DNA of 64,000 nt from Candidatus Omnitrophota bacterium (GTDB lineage: Bacteria > Omnitrophota > Gorgyraeia > Gygaellales > Profunditerraquicolaceae), in contig JALOQK010000001.1 of NCBI GenBank assembly GCA_025453395.1, positions 74,244 to 138,243 on the forward strand, read 5' to 3'. A program made the translations under genes and the position numbers. Under the pieces are notes generated by a model. The model did not search any database. It was not told the DNA's origin and was given only the letters and a program-made list of their open reading frames with translations. Below are positions 47,353 to 58,037 of this stretch, in pieces. The first letter of the stretch is position 1, and each line of letters starts with the position of its first letter.

Positions 47353-47912
47353 TAGATTTCCAAAACTTCTTTTTCTTTATACTTTAATAATTCTTCAACT
47401 TTAGCGGTATATTTATCCGCCGTCTTCTGCAATTCATCTATACCGCGGAATTTATCATCTTCAGAAATAGCCTTGTCTTTTTCAAGCTTCTCTATCGCCT
47501 CTTTGGCGTCGCGGCGGATAGTACGCATAGAAACCCTGCCGTTTTCCGCCATCTGATGCACAACCTTAACCAACTCCTGCCTTCTATCTTTTGACAAAGG
47601 CGGAATAGAAAGCCGGATAATTTTCCCGTCATTAGAAGGAGTAACCCCAAGGCTTGATTTCATAATCGCTTTTTCTATCTCAACAATCGCGGTTATATCC
47701 CAGGGCTGTATGGTGATAAGATGCGCGTCAGAGGCAGAAATAGAAGCCAACTGCTTTAAAAGTGTAGGGGTACCGTAATAATCCACATGCAAACCCTCAA
47801 CCAGCCCCGGATGCGCCCTGCCGGTTCTTACTTCAGAATATTCGCGCGAAACAGATTCTACCGCCTTCTTCATTTTATCTTCTGCGTTATGCAAAACTTC
47901 TTTGATAGTCAT
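47352..47912 (-). CDS. frr: ribosome recycling factor
   Basis: RTGRA, YYGTPT, NDGKIIRL, IRRDA. Confidence 0.96.
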   Translation of the reverse strand: MTIKEVLHNAEDKMKKAVESVSREYSEVRTGRAHPGLVEGLHVDYYGTPTLLKQLASISASDAHLITIQPWDITAIVEIEKAIMKSSLGVTPSNDGKIIRLSIPPLSKDRRQELVKVVHQMAENGRVSMRTIRRDAKEAIEKLEKDKAISEDDKFRGIDELQKTADKYTAKVEELLKYKEKEVLEI

Positions 47913-47938
47913 AACCCGCCTCCAACGTTACCCAATCT

Positions 47939-48664
47939 TTAATTTACCTTTGTGCCTATTTTCTCGCCCATTACCACGCGCTTGATATTTCCTTCTTTAG
48001 TCATATTAAAAACAATAATCGGCAATTTATTATCCATACAAAGGCTAACCGCGGTAGCGTCCATTACTTTCAAACCTTTTTTCAAAACATCGAGATACTT
48101 TAAATTCGTGAATTTCTTGGCGTCTTTAAATCTTACCGGGTCGGCAGAATAAACCCCATCAACCTTGGTCGCCTTTAATATCGCATCGGCGCTAATCTCC
48201 ATTGCCCGTAAGGCTGCTGCGGTATCGGTAGTAAAATAAGGATTGCCTGTGCCGGCAACGAAAATCACGATCCTGCCCTTTTCAAGATGGCGCACTGCCC
48301 TGCGCCTAATATAGCTTTCAGCGATGCGCTGCATTTCTATGGCAGTCATCACCCGGGTAGGCATATTCATCTTTTCCAAAACATTCTGCATAGCTAAGCC
48401 GTTTATAACCGTGGCCAACATACCCATATAATCAGCGGTAGAACGGTTCATATCAAGCCCTCTGGAATCGGAATTCTCTTGGCCGCGAAAAATGTTACCC
48501 GCGCCTAAAACAATCGCCACTTCCACATCAAGCTTGCGTATCTGTTTTATCTGACGGGCGATACTTACAAGCACCGCATTATCAATGCCATGCGCTTGAG
48601 AACCCTGCAGGGCTTCTCCGCTTAACTTCAGCACTATCCTCTTATAAACAGGTTTTGCTTTCAT
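47939..48664 (-). CDS. pyrH: UMP kinase
   Basis: [18 protein letters not shown]. Confidence 0.96.
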   Translation of the reverse strand: MKAKPVYKRIVLKLSGEALQGSQAHGIDNAVLVSIARQIKQIRKLDVEVAIVLGAGNIFRGQENSDSRGLDMNRSTADYMGMLATVINGLAMQNVLEKMNMPTRVMTAIEMQRIAESYIRRRAVRHLEKGRIVIFVAGTGNPYFTTDTAAALRAMEISADAILKATKVDGVYSADPVRFKDAKKFTNLKYLDVLKKGLKVMDATAVSLCMDNKLPIIVFNMTKEGNIKRVVMGEKIGTKVN

Positions 48665-48680
48665 CCCTTTAATAAGCTTG

Positions 48681-49208
48681 TTATTCGCCGATCTTATAAC
48701 GGATAAATTTGCGTATCAGGATATTTTCATTAAACTTTGCCACAAGACTGCCCAAATAATCTTTAATATTTAGAGAAGGATCCTTGATAAATGCCTGCTC
48801 CATAAGGCAGTTCTCTTTATAAAAAAGCTCTTTATCTTTTTCATGCTCTAAAGCTTCCTGCGAGACATCTTCTTTCTTGATATATTTAGGATTAAGAGCG
48901 GCTATCTGCATAGCCAAGTCTTTAGCAAACTGGGCGAATTCCGCGTTACGCGCGACAAAATCCGTTTCGCAATCCACTTCAAGCAACACGCCGATCTTAT
49001 TCCCGTTATGGATATAGGCTTCTACTCTTCCCTCTTTAGCAACGCGATCCTGCTTCTTGGCGGATAGTTCCAGCCCTCTTTTACGCAAAAGCTCAGAGGC
49101 TTTTTTGATGTCTCCGGATGCGTCTTGAAGGGCCTTGCGGCAGTCACTGACGCTTGCGGAAGTGATATTTCTTAATTCTTTAATAGACTCAAGCGGTATC
49201 TTTGTCAT
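48681..49208 (-). CDS. tsf: elongation factor Ts (short form)
   Basis: [16 protein letters not shown]. Confidence 0.94.
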   Translation of the reverse strand: MTKIPLESIKELRNITSASVSDCRKALQDASGDIKKASELLRKRGLELSAKKQDRVAKEGRVEAYIHNGNKIGVLLEVDCETDFVARNAEFAQFAKDLAMQIAALNPKYIKKEDVSQEALEHEKDKELFYKENCLMEQAFIKDPSLNIKDYLGSLVAKFNENILIRKFIRYKIGE

Positions 49209-49234
49209 TTTACTTTTAGTGCCTTTCTTATTTA

Positions 49235-50083
49235 TTATTTGGCTCTTGTTTTTATGTTTTTCTTAGGCAACGCCTGATCCGTCTCCACAACCTCTTCAAT
49301 AACTTTAATTGTGGTTTCTTCTTCGGCAGATATAACCTGAGCCTCCTGAACCGGCTCGTCTTTAATCTTATTCACTCCGGTTTCGGAAAGATAAGACAAA
49401 AACCTCTTTCTTCCTTCTACGGCGCTTTCCGCGATCAAGTTTGTAATAAGCTTAATGGATTTAGCAGCGTCATCATTTCCGGGCACGGGAAAAGCTACCG
49501 GATCAGGATTACAATTAGTATCCAAAAGCCCGATAATGGGAATCCCCAGCTTCAAGGCTTCGCGCACCGCGGTTTCTTCTTTTTTGGTGTCCACGATAAA
49601 AATAGCCTTAGGCATCTTTTCCATCTGGGTGATACCGGAAAAATTCTTTCTTAATTTCTCTAATTCTTTTTCTAAACCGGCGACCTCTTTCTTGGTGAAT
49701 TTTTCATAAGTGCCGTCTTCTTTCATTTTTTCAATTTCCCTTAAACGATTAATGCTGCTTTTAACTGTTGAAAAATTAGTCAAAAGCCCCCCCGGCCAGC
49801 GCTGGGTAACATAAAACATCCCCGAACGCAGCGCTTCCTCATGCACGACGGCTTGGGCCTGCTTTTTGGTCCCCACAAAAAGGACATAGTCCCCTTTAGA
49901 GGTAAGATCCACCACGAAATCACGCGCCTTATTCAGGCACTCTTCGGTCTTTTCAAGGTCAATGATATAAACACCGCTTCTGGAGCCAAAAATAAACTTC
50001 TTCATTTTCGGGTTCCAGCGCGATGTCTTATGGCCGAAATGCACCCCTGCTTCTAAAAGCTGCTTTATTAATTCTGTTGGCAC
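49235..50083 (-). CDS. rpsB: 30S ribosomal protein S2
   Basis: LLEAGVHFGH, GTKKQA, DTNCNP, PGNDDA; GTG start after GGGGGAG. Confidence 0.96.
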   Translation of the reverse strand: MPTELIKQLLEAGVHFGHKTSRWNPKMKKFIFGSRSGVYIIDLEKTEECLNKARDFVVDLTSKGDYVLFVGTKKQAQAVVHEEALRSGMFYVTQRWPGGLLTNFSTVKSSINRLREIEKMKEDGTYEKFTKKEVAGLEKELEKLRKNFSGITQMEKMPKAIFIVDTKKEETAVREALKLGIPIIGLLDTNCNPDPVAFPVPGNDDAAKSIKLITNLIAESAVEGRKRFLSYLSETGVNKIKDEPVQEAQVISAEEETTIKVIEEVVETDQALPKKNIKTRAK

Positions 50084-50291
50084 AATAACTCCCCCTTTCA
50101 AAGGCATAGCCTGTTTTGTTTCATGCTTTTTAAAGCATTACGCACATGCTTATATTAAAGCCGGAAAACAAGCTATTTTTGCTTTGGTTGCGCGCCTCTT
50201 GATACCTGTGCGTTAATGGCGCTAACCGTGATTTTTACACTGTTTTTCCAAATTAAACGCCAAATATATCACAATTAAACCGCCAATGCAA
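50084..50291 (-). promoter_or_regulatory. rpsB promoter and structured leader
   Basis: TTGCAT-17-TATATT; long-range ACGCACA/TGTGCGT pairing as in S2 leaders. Confidence 0.5.
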
Positions 50292-50319
50292 CAAAAAAGA
50301 TGACTTTTTTGAAGGATTA

Positions 50320-52116
50320 TTAAGACAGGCCTAATTCCTGCAACTGGTAGAGTTTGCGGTATATCCCTTTTTTCTCCAAAAGCTCTTGATGGTTTCCTTC
50401 TTCGGCAATTCTTCCTTCGCTTAAAACAATGATCCGGTGGGCGTTCTTAACTGTGGAAAGCCGGTGCGCCACCACAAAAACGGTTCGTCCCTGTATCAGC
50501 TTATCTAAGGCCTGCTGGACAAGCCTTTCAGATTCCGAATCAAGCTGAGAAGTAGCTTCATCAAGGATAAGTATGGGCGGATTTTTCAAAAGCGCACGGG
50601 CTATAGCAATACGCTGCCTCTCTCCTCCGGAAAGCTTAGCGCCCCTGTCGCCGATAAGAGTCTGATATCCTAAACAGGAATTTAAAATAAAATCATGGGC
50701 GCAGGCCTTTTTAGCGGCTTCCTCTATCTGTTCCTGCGAAGCGTTATCTGTTCCGTAAGAAATATTCGCCTGTATAGTATCATTAAAAAGCACCGTCTCC
50801 TGACTGACAATACCGATGTGCGAACGTAATGATTTTAAGGTAAAATCACTTATGTCGTTACCATCAATTATTATCCTCCCCCTTTGCGGATCGTAAAAAC
50901 GCGGGATCAAGTCTATAAAAGTAGTCTTGCCTGTGCCGCTGGGGCCGACAATAGCGATAATCTCCCCCTTATTTACCTTTATATTGATACCTTTAAGGAT
51001 ATCTTTGTCCGCGTACCTGAACCAGACATCTTCAAAAGCTATATAGTTTTTAAACCCGGTAAGAACTCCGGCATGGGGTTTTTCTACGACAGTAGGGACC
51101 ATATCCAAAATCTCATAGATCCTCTCGCTTGCGGCTTGCGCCTGCTGCATAATGGAGCTTACCTGGCTTAATTTCTTAAAGGGGCGGATCATGGATAAAA
51201 GCGCTGCCATAAACAAAGTAAACGTCCCGAATGAAATCTCTCCGCTTACCACCTGTTTCCCGCTGTAATAAATGATCACCAGCGCCACAAAGACCCCGAT
51301 TAGCTCTGTAGCGATACCAAGCAGTAATGTGCGCTTAATGGATTTCATAGCCAAACGGTAATACTGAAAATTCTGCTGCGTGAAACGGGCGATCTCGCGG
51401 GCTTGGGCATTAAAGGCCTTGACGACTTTTATACCGGTAAAAGTCTCCACAAGAGTAGAATTTATATCGGCAGATTTTTCCTGCGAGCGTTTGCTTAATT
51501 TTCTTAAAACCTTTCCCACAGATACCATCGGCCAGGCGATCATCGGCAAGATCACTAAAGAAAGAAACGCCAGCCTCCAATTGATGAAAAATATGAGGAT
51601 CGCGAAAGATATTACCTCAAAAGACTGATAAACCAAATCCGTAAGCGCGTAAGATACCGCGTTTTCAATAAGTTTTACGTCATTGGTAATGCGCGATATT
51701 AGCTCCCCGCTTCTTTTTTGGGTAAAATAGTCTAAGGATAAATCCTGCAGTTTCTCGTAGACCTTATTGCGCACGTCACGGATGACCTTTTGCCCCACAT
51801 CAGACATAATATAGCTTTGCGCGAACTCAAAAACCGCCCTTAAGATTAAAGCTATGGGCATAACAATAAGGATAAGGCTTAAGACCTTTAACGGGGGCAG
51901 GCTGTTTAATTGAACAAGGATCTTCTCTAAGAAAAACGGCAGCTTACCATTCGGGAAAACAATCTGTTTGTTGGTAAAAATACGGTCGATCAAAGGCACT
52001 ATCGCGCTTAGGCGGAAAACATCAAAAAAAGTGACCACCCCCATCAATAATCCGGAAATAACCAGAAGATGGGTATAGGCTTTGGAGAAACTGAATAGCT
52101 TGCGGTAATTTTTCAT
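50320..52116 (-). CDS. msbA: MsbA-like lipid A ABC exporter
   Basis: TM domain plus GPSGTGKT, LSGGERQR, LDEATS; divergent from lpxB. Confidence 0.82.
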   Translation of the reverse strand: MKNYRKLFSFSKAYTHLLVISGLLMGVVTFFDVFRLSAIVPLIDRIFTNKQIVFPNGKLPFFLEKILVQLNSLPPLKVLSLILIVMPIALILRAVFEFAQSYIMSDVGQKVIRDVRNKVYEKLQDLSLDYFTQKRSGELISRITNDVKLIENAVSYALTDLVYQSFEVISFAILIFFINWRLAFLSLVILPMIAWPMVSVGKVLRKLSKRSQEKSADINSTLVETFTGIKVVKAFNAQAREIARFTQQNFQYYRLAMKSIKRTLLLGIATELIGVFVALVIIYYSGKQVVSGEISFGTFTLFMAALLSMIRPFKKLSQVSSIMQQAQAASERIYEILDMVPTVVEKPHAGVLTGFKNYIAFEDVWFRYADKDILKGINIKVNKGEIIAIVGPSGTGKTTFIDLIPRFYDPQRGRIIIDGNDISDFTLKSLRSHIGIVSQETVLFNDTIQANISYGTDNASQEQIEEAAKKACAHDFILNSCLGYQTLIGDRGAKLSGGERQRIAIARALLKNPPILILDEATSQLDSESERLVQQALDKLIQGRTVFVVAHRLSTVKNAHRIIVLSEGRIAEEGNHQELLEKKGIYRKLYQLQELGLS

Positions 52117-52123
52117 AACGATG

Positions 52124-52167
52124 ATGATATCATACTAATTGACTTTTGTCGAGGCGTTTGCTATCAT
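52124..52167. promoter_or_regulatory. overlapping divergent promoters msbA/lpxB
   Basis: Minus TCGACA-17-TATCAT-7-ATG; plus TTGACT-17-TATCAT-10-ATG. Confidence 0.6.
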
Positions 52168-52177
52168 TTTTGTTAAT

Positions 52178-53296
52178 ATGGAAAATTTAAAACATATCTT
52201 TATTATCTGCGGAGAGGCATCCGGAGACCTGCACGCCTCTAACTTGGCAGCTGAACTAAAGAAAATAGACCCCTCTATTAAAATATCGGGTGCGGGAGGA
52301 GCTTTATTAGAAAACACCGGGGCAAACCTCTATGCCAACATCAAAGACTTCGCGGTAATGGGGCTATTTGATGTCTTGAAAAAATTACCTCAATTTTTTG
52401 CCCTCAAAAAACTCTTAATTGAGAAAATCCGCTCGGAAGCCCCTGACGCGCTTGTTTTAATTGACTTCTCCGGATTTAACTTACGCTTAGCAAAGGCAGT
52501 AAATAAATCCCTGCCGGTAATTTATTACATCAGCCCCCAGGTCTGGGCGTCAAGGCCGGGGAGGATTCAAACCATCAAGAAATATATTGATAAAATGATC
52601 GTTATCTATGAATTTGAAAAAAAATTCTATGCCAAACACGGTATTGACGCCCAATACGTAGGAAATCCTCTCTTAGATATTGTTAAAGTCCAGCAAATAA
52701 AACAAAATAATCCGATTGTGGCCCTCTTGCCCGGCTCACGCAAACAGGAAATAACATATATTCTTCCGGTAATGCTTGAAACATCCAGGCTTATTAAAGA
52801 AAAAATACCCGATGCCAGCTTCCTTATTGCCAAGCCGGTAAATCTGGATGAATCTATTTATACAGAAGCAATCAATAAATATAAACTGGATGTGCAGATA
52901 ATTTCCGGGAAAACTTATGATTGTATTAACGCGGCGAGTTTCTGCTTGGTTGCCTCTGGCACTGCCACCCTTGAAACCGCAATACTTGAAAAGCCGTTTG
53001 TTGCTATTTATAAAATGAGCTTATTAAATTATCTTTTTTACCGGCCACAGGTAAAGATTCCTTTTATCTGCATAGTCAATATTATTGCCGGCAAGAAAAT
53101 AATCCCCGAATTCATCCAATTCCATGCCAAGGCAAAAAAAATAGCCGGTGAAGTTGTTAAAACCTTGACCGACCATCAATATTACCGCCAGATCAAAGAA
53201 AATCTTGTTTCCTTTAAAGCGCTTCTTGGAAAAACAGGCGCCTCGCAGCGCGCCGCAGAGATTATTTTGAATACTGTCAGAATGGGAAATGAGTAA
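52178..53296 (+). CDS. lpxB: lipid-A-disaccharide synthase
   Basis: GEASGD, SPQVWA, LLPGSR, ASGTATLE. Confidence 0.95.
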   Translation: MENLKHIFIICGEASGDLHASNLAAELKKIDPSIKISGAGGALLENTGANLYANIKDFAVMGLFDVLKKLPQFFALKKLLIEKIRSEAPDALVLIDFSGFNLRLAKAVNKSLPVIYYISPQVWASRPGRIQTIKKYIDKMIVIYEFEKKFYAKHGIDAQYVGNPLLDIVKVQQIKQNNPIVALLPGSRKQEITYILPVMLETSRLIKEKIPDASFLIAKPVNLDESIYTEAINKYKLDVQIISGKTYDCINAASFCLVASGTATLETAILEKPFVAIYKMSLLNYLFYRPQVKIPFICIVNIIAGKKIIPEFIQFHAKAKKIAGEVVKTLTDHQYYRQIKENLVSFKALLGKTGASQRAAEIILNTVRMGNE

Positions 53297-53408
53297 TGGG
53301 TAGTGGGTCCAAGGTGAGAATTGGGTTGAGTAAAAAACTTTAGAATTTTCCCCACAACTCACCCCCACTGTTTACCCACAACTCATGTCTAACAACTCAC
53401 CCTCATTT
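53279..53408. mobile_element. family C element copy 3, spanning the lpxB and rpmA stop codons
   Basis: Colinear with 4257-4390. Confidence 0.72.
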
Positions 53409-53633
53409 TGGAAGGATGTTAATAAAGGTCCTTACAGAACCCTTGGGAGATTTCTTTTTGGTAAAATAAACTGTCCCGCAAGCTATCGCGTAGACAGTCC
53501 CCTCTCCTTTAACATTTTTCCCGGCCTTGTAGCGATTAATCCCCCGGCAAAGAATAGTGCCTGTTTTAACCGGCTGCCCTTGGGAAACTTTTAAAACTTC
53601 ATCTTTTTTTCCAGTTGCTTTACCGCCTGCCAT
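53403..53633 (-). CDS. rpmA: 50S ribosomal protein L27, divergent
   Basis: GQPVKTGTIL, GKNV, TVYAIACGTVYF; AAGGAGG RBS. Confidence 0.8.
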   Translation of the reverse strand: MAGGKATGKKDEVLKVSQGQPVKTGTILCRGINRYKAGKNVKGEGTVYAIACGTVYFTKKKSPKGSVRTFINILPK

Positions 53634-53656
53634 ATTACTACCTCCTTAAATAATAA

Positions 53657-53762
53657 GTTTAGCTTAAAGCTAAAAGCGAAAAATTAAAAATCATAATTCA
53701 AAATTTAAAGTTTTTAATTTTACACTATAGTTTTTCGCTTTACGCTTTACGTTTTGCGCTTA
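53657..53762. mobile_element. family A element in the rpmA 5' UTR
   Basis: TCATAATTCAAAATT / AATTTTACACTATAG core; lies just downstream of TTGCTC-17-TATTAT (53791-53763). Confidence 0.75.
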
Positions 53763-53779
53763 ATAATACCATAGAACTA

Positions 53780-55174
53780 TTACTGGAGCAATACTTCTTC
53801 GCCCTTAGCCGGCAAGTAAGCGCTTATGCCTTTTTGGGTTAAAGCCTGAAAAAAACCCTGCGACTGCTCCTCTTCACCGTGCACTAAGAACACCTTTTTC
53901 AAAGGAAGACATGCAGATACAAAATCCATAAGCTCGCCTTGATCGGCGTGCCCGGAAAAAGCATTTATAACCACAACCTCCGCGTTTAACTGATACTCAG
54001 AGCCATAAATTTTCACATATTCCTGTTTATCAACTATCCTTCTTCCTAAAGTATCTTTTGCCATATAGCCCACAACAAGTATAGTGTTGCGCGCATCTTC
54101 AATATTATTCTTCAAGTGGTGTAATACTCTTCCTGATTCACACATGCCGCTTCCAGCAATAATGATCATCGGCCGGTCGTCATTATTCAGGGATTTTGAT
54201 TCCTTCTGGTCGCGCACATAACGTAAATTCAAGAATTCAAAGGGGCTTCTGCCGGAACTTATCGCAAAACGCGCCTCTTTATTCAAATAAGCAAGCTGCT
54301 TAGAAAAAACCTGCGTAATATCTGTTGCCAAGGGGCTGTCCACGTAAACCGGGACAACAGGGATCTGTTTCTTCTCTAAAAGCTCATTTAAGAAATAAAT
54401 CACTTCTTGCGCGCGCTCAAGCGAAAAAGAAGGAATGATGACCTTGCCCTTGCGCGCGATAGTGCGGTTAATGACTTCCTTTAACTTCCCCTGGGCCTGA
54501 TCAATGGGCGTGTGGCTCTTAGCGCCATAGGTAGTTTCAAGGATAAGATAATCTAAATTCTTGGGGATTACCGGATCCTCTAATAACGGCAAGCCTCTTC
54601 TTCCCAAATCCACGGCACAACCAATGCGCAAATTCCCGGCTTCATCTTTAACATCTAAAACAATAATCCCTGACCCTAAGATATGCCCGGCATTAAAAAA
54701 AGTCAAAAAAACATTCTTGGCAATGCACAGCCTTTGATTATAGGAAAGCGGATGAAATTTAGAAGCGGCTTTCGAAGCTTCTCTGCGGTTATATAATGGC
54801 TTGCGGATACTGCCGCCGAAACGCCTGCCGATCTTATTCAAATACCGCGCATCTTCTTCCTGGATCTTCCCGGAATCTTCAAGCATCAGGCTTGCTAAAG
54901 CCTTAGTGGCATGGGTAGAATAGATACGGCTTTTCAAACCGTTCTTGACTACCGTAGGGATATTACCGCAATGGTCAATATGCGCGTGAGAGACAACCAC
55001 AGCGTTTATCTTGTGCGGATTATAAGAAAGGCTGGTATTTACCGCGTAAGACTCATCGCGGCGGCCGTGAAAAAGCCCGGCATCAAGTAAAACCTGGGAC
55101 CTGCCGGAAGTCACAAGATGCGACGAACCGGTCACTGTCCTTACCCCGCCCATAAATCTTATAGTTACAGCCAT
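53780..55174 (-). CDS. MBL-fold beta-CASP ribonuclease
   Basis: VTGS, SHAHIDHCG, AGHILGS, ETTYG, FSGHAD. Confidence 0.9.
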   Translation of the reverse strand: MAVTIRFMGGVRTVTGSSHLVTSGRSQVLLDAGLFHGRRDESYAVNTSLSYNPHKINAVVVSHAHIDHCGNIPTVVKNGLKSRIYSTHATKALASLMLEDSGKIQEEDARYLNKIGRRFGGSIRKPLYNRREASKAASKFHPLSYNQRLCIAKNVFLTFFNAGHILGSGIIVLDVKDEAGNLRIGCAVDLGRRGLPLLEDPVIPKNLDYLILETTYGAKSHTPIDQAQGKLKEVINRTIARKGKVIIPSFSLERAQEVIYFLNELLEKKQIPVVPVYVDSPLATDITQVFSKQLAYLNKEARFAISSGRSPFEFLNLRYVRDQKESKSLNNDDRPMIIIAGSGMCESGRVLHHLKNNIEDARNTILVVGYMAKDTLGRRIVDKQEYVKIYGSEYQLNAEVVVINAFSGHADQGELMDFVSACLPLKKVFLVHGEEEQSQGFFQALTQKGISAYLPAKGEEVLLQ

Positions 55175-55175
55175 A

Positions 55176-56834
55176 TTAGATATCGTAGGTTGAATAAAAA
55201 TAAGGAGTGTACGCTTCAAACTCTGCGGCGCAGGTGTCTACTAATTTAAATGATGGGACAACCCCTAAAGATTTGCGCAGAACACAGATTTCTTCTTCGC
55301 TTTTGCCAACTAATTCCCCAAGCTGCTTATCGCTAAAACCGTATTCCTTGGCCTTTAAAATAAGTTCTTTATCCAAGGTATTTGCCGACGATATTTCTTT
55401 TTCGAATTGGATAATTTGCTTAATATTATGTATAAACCAGGGGTCTATTTGGGTTAATTCATGGATTTTACTTTCATCCACTCCGGCACGCAAAGCATCT
55501 CCGATATAAAATATCCTCTCGGCGTAAGGCACTCTTATTTTATCATAAATAGTCTTTAAGGCTTCCGCGGACGGATTAATATCTTTTGCCCCCTTAAAAA
55601 GAATGCTCTCCAGGCCGGATTTCTTAATTTCAAGCGAACGCAAGCCTTTTTGCAAGGCCTCCTTAAAAGTCCTTCCAATAGCCATCGCCTCGCCCACGGA
55701 TTTCATAGAAATATTAAGCCTGGGGTCGGCCTTAGCAAATTTCTCAAAAGTAAAACGCGGTATTTTCACCACGCAATAATCAATGGACGGCTCAAAACAA
55801 GCTGGAGTCTGTTTAGTAATGTCATTGGGAATTTCATCAAGGGTATACCCGACAGAAAGTTTGGCCGCGATCTTAGCGATAGGAAAACCCGTTGCCTTAG
55901 AGGCAAGCGCGGAGCTTCGCGACACCCGCGGGTTCATTTCAATGACCACCATTCTTCCAGTTGCGGGATGCACGGCGAATTGTATATTTGAACCGCCTGT
56001 CTCAACGCCGATTTCCCGAATACAAGCTATGGCAGCGTCACGCATCTTTTGATATTCTTTATCGGTTAAGGTCTGGGCTGGCGCAACCGTAATACTATCC
56101 CCGGTATGCACACCCATGGGGTCAAGATTCTCAATGGAACAAATGATAACCACATTATCTTTGGTATCGCGCATAACCTCAAGCTCAAATTCCTTCCAGC
56201 CTAAAACCGATTCTTCGACAAGTATTTCGCTTATCATGCTTGCTTCCAAGCCTGTGCGCGCCAGGCCTTTGAACTCTTCCATGCTATAAGCAATGCTTCC
56301 GCCCGTGCCCCCCAATGTAAAACTAGGCCGGATAATTATTGGGAACCCTATCTTCTTGGCTATTGCAAGGGCTTCTTCAATATTGTAGGCAAGCCCGCTC
56401 TTGGGAAGATCAAGCCCGATTTTCTCCATTGCCTGTTTAAAAAGTTTTCTGTCTTCGGCTTTCTTAATCGCCTTGATGTTAGCTCCGATAACTTCCACTT
56501 TATATTTCTTTAAGACGCCTTTCTCTGCTAAACCAACTGCGGTATTCAAAGCTGTCTGCCCGCCAAGCGTGGGCAGAAGCGCGTCAGGCAATTCCTTGGC
56601 AATAATTTTCTCCACCATCTCCACAGTGATCGGCTCAATATAAGTTTTATCCGCCATCTGCGGATCAGTCATGATCGTGGCCGGATTAGAATTAACCAGG
56701 ATTACTTTGTATCCTTCCTGCCTTAGAACCTTGCAGGCTTGAGTGCCGGAATAATCAAATTCACAGGCCTGGCCGATAACAATCGGGCCGGAGCCGATAA
56801 TCATGATTTTCTTAATGTCTGTGCGTTTGGGCAT
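55176..56834 (-). CDS. carB: carbamoyl-phosphate synthase large subunit, N-terminal half only
   Basis: [28 protein letters not shown]; ends at [14 protein letters not shown], 552 aa. Confidence 0.9.
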   Translation of the reverse strand: MPKRTDIKKIMIIGSGPIVIGQACEFDYSGTQACKVLRQEGYKVILVNSNPATIMTDPQMADKTYIEPITVEMVEKIIAKELPDALLPTLGGQTALNTAVGLAEKGVLKKYKVEVIGANIKAIKKAEDRKLFKQAMEKIGLDLPKSGLAYNIEEALAIAKKIGFPIIIRPSFTLGGTGGSIAYSMEEFKGLARTGLEASMISEILVEESVLGWKEFELEVMRDTKDNVVIICSIENLDPMGVHTGDSITVAPAQTLTDKEYQKMRDAAIACIREIGVETGGSNIQFAVHPATGRMVVIEMNPRVSRSSALASKATGFPIAKIAAKLSVGYTLDEIPNDITKQTPACFEPSIDYCVVKIPRFTFEKFAKADPRLNISMKSVGEAMAIGRTFKEALQKGLRSLEIKKSGLESILFKGAKDINPSAEALKTIYDKIRVPYAERIFYIGDALRAGVDESKIHELTQIDPWFIHNIKQIIQFEKEISSANTLDKELILKAKEYGFSDKQLGELVGKSEEEICVLRKSLGVVPSFKLVDTCAAEFEAYTPYFYSTYDI

Positions 56835-56940
56835 ATTAAAAGTGTAAAATTAAAAGCGCAAAGCGTAAAATTAAAATTCAAAACTAAGAATTTTGAGCTT
56901 TAAATTATGGTTTTTAGTTTTTCGCTTTTCGTTTTTCGCT
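56835..56940. mobile_element. family A element between carA and carB
   Basis: Right arm encodes the CarA tail SEKRKAKN*. Confidence 0.75.
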
Positions 56941-58032
56941 CTCCATTATTCTTGTAAACTCCTTAAAAAGATAGCGCGCGTCGTGCGGACCGGGCCCCGC
57001 CTCTGGATGAAACTGCACACTAAAAACCGGAAGCTTCTTGTGGCGCATACCCTCTAAAGTCTTATCATTTAAATTAATGTGGGTTAATTCAACTTCTTTC
57101 TTATTTAAAGTATCCATGTCCACGCAAAAACCATGATTCTGCACAGAGATAGAGACCTTCCCTGTTTTTAAATCTTTTACCGGATGGTTGCCTCCATGAT
57201 GGCCGAATTTAAGCTTAAAGGTCTTGCCTCCTAAGGCCTGCCCCAACATCTGATGCCCCAGGCAAATCCCAAAGATCGGGATCTTCCCCAACAACTCTTT
57301 TGTGGTATTAACCACATACGGAACAGCTGATGGGTCTCCGGGCCCATTTGATAAAAGCACTCCTTGGATTTTAAGCTTAAGGATATCACCCGACGGTGTT
57401 TTGGCCGGAACAACTGTAACCCGGCAATCATTTTCTTCTAAACAACGCAGGATATTATATTTTACCCCGCAGTCTAAGACTGCCACGTGGTATTTGCCAT
57501 TTTTATTCCAAACATATTCAGCTTTAGGCTGGACTTCTTTTACTAGATCTATTCCCTCTAAACCTTTTGATTTTTTTGCTTTTTCTACAAGGCTTTCTTT
57601 ATTAAGGTCAACAGTAGAAACAACACAACGCATGGCGCCGGTTTTACGTATATGAAGCGTTAGCTTGCGGGTATCCACGCCTTCAATGCCGATGATATTG
57701 TTTTTTTTCATATAATCTGGAAGGCTCTCTGAAGCTCTCCAATTGCTGGTAATTTTACTGACCTCTTTTACCACAACAGCCTCAAGAAACGGCTTACGCG
57801 ATTCGGCATCCTCAATATTCACCCCGTAATTACCGATCAGAGGATAAGTCATTACCACAATTTGGCCCTTATAAGAAGGATCGGTAATAATTTCCTGATA
57901 ACCGGTAAGGCTAGTATTGAATACCGCTTCTCCATAAGCTTCGCCTTCTGCGCCAAAAGAATACCCGCACAGGACCGTGCCATCTTCAAGGGCGATCATC
58001 GCCCTTTTTAATTTATCGCTTGGATTTGCCAT
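56914..58032 (-). CDS. carA: carbamoyl-phosphate synthase small subunit
   Basis: TGYQEIITDPSY, SNGPGDP, GICLGHQ, QFHPEA. Confidence 0.96.
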   Translation of the reverse strand: MANPSDKLKRAMIALEDGTVLCGYSFGAEGEAYGEAVFNTSLTGYQEIITDPSYKGQIVVMTYPLIGNYGVNIEDAESRKPFLEAVVVKEVSKITSNWRASESLPDYMKKNNIIGIEGVDTRKLTLHIRKTGAMRCVVSTVDLNKESLVEKAKKSKGLEGIDLVKEVQPKAEYVWNKNGKYHVAVLDCGVKYNILRCLEENDCRVTVVPAKTPSGDILKLKIQGVLLSNGPGDPSAVPYVVNTTKELLGKIPIFGICLGHQMLGQALGGKTFKLKFGHHGGNHPVKDLKTGKVSISVQNHGFCVDMDTLNKKEVELTHINLNDKTLEGMRHKKLPVFSVQFHPEAGPGPHDARYLFKEFTRIMESEKRKAKN

Positions 58033-58037
58033 CTTTA

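Noticed and set aside
48681-49208. Truncated tsf pseudogene
   Set aside because: Short EF-Ts forms are established (e.g. Thermus); motifs and operon position are intact
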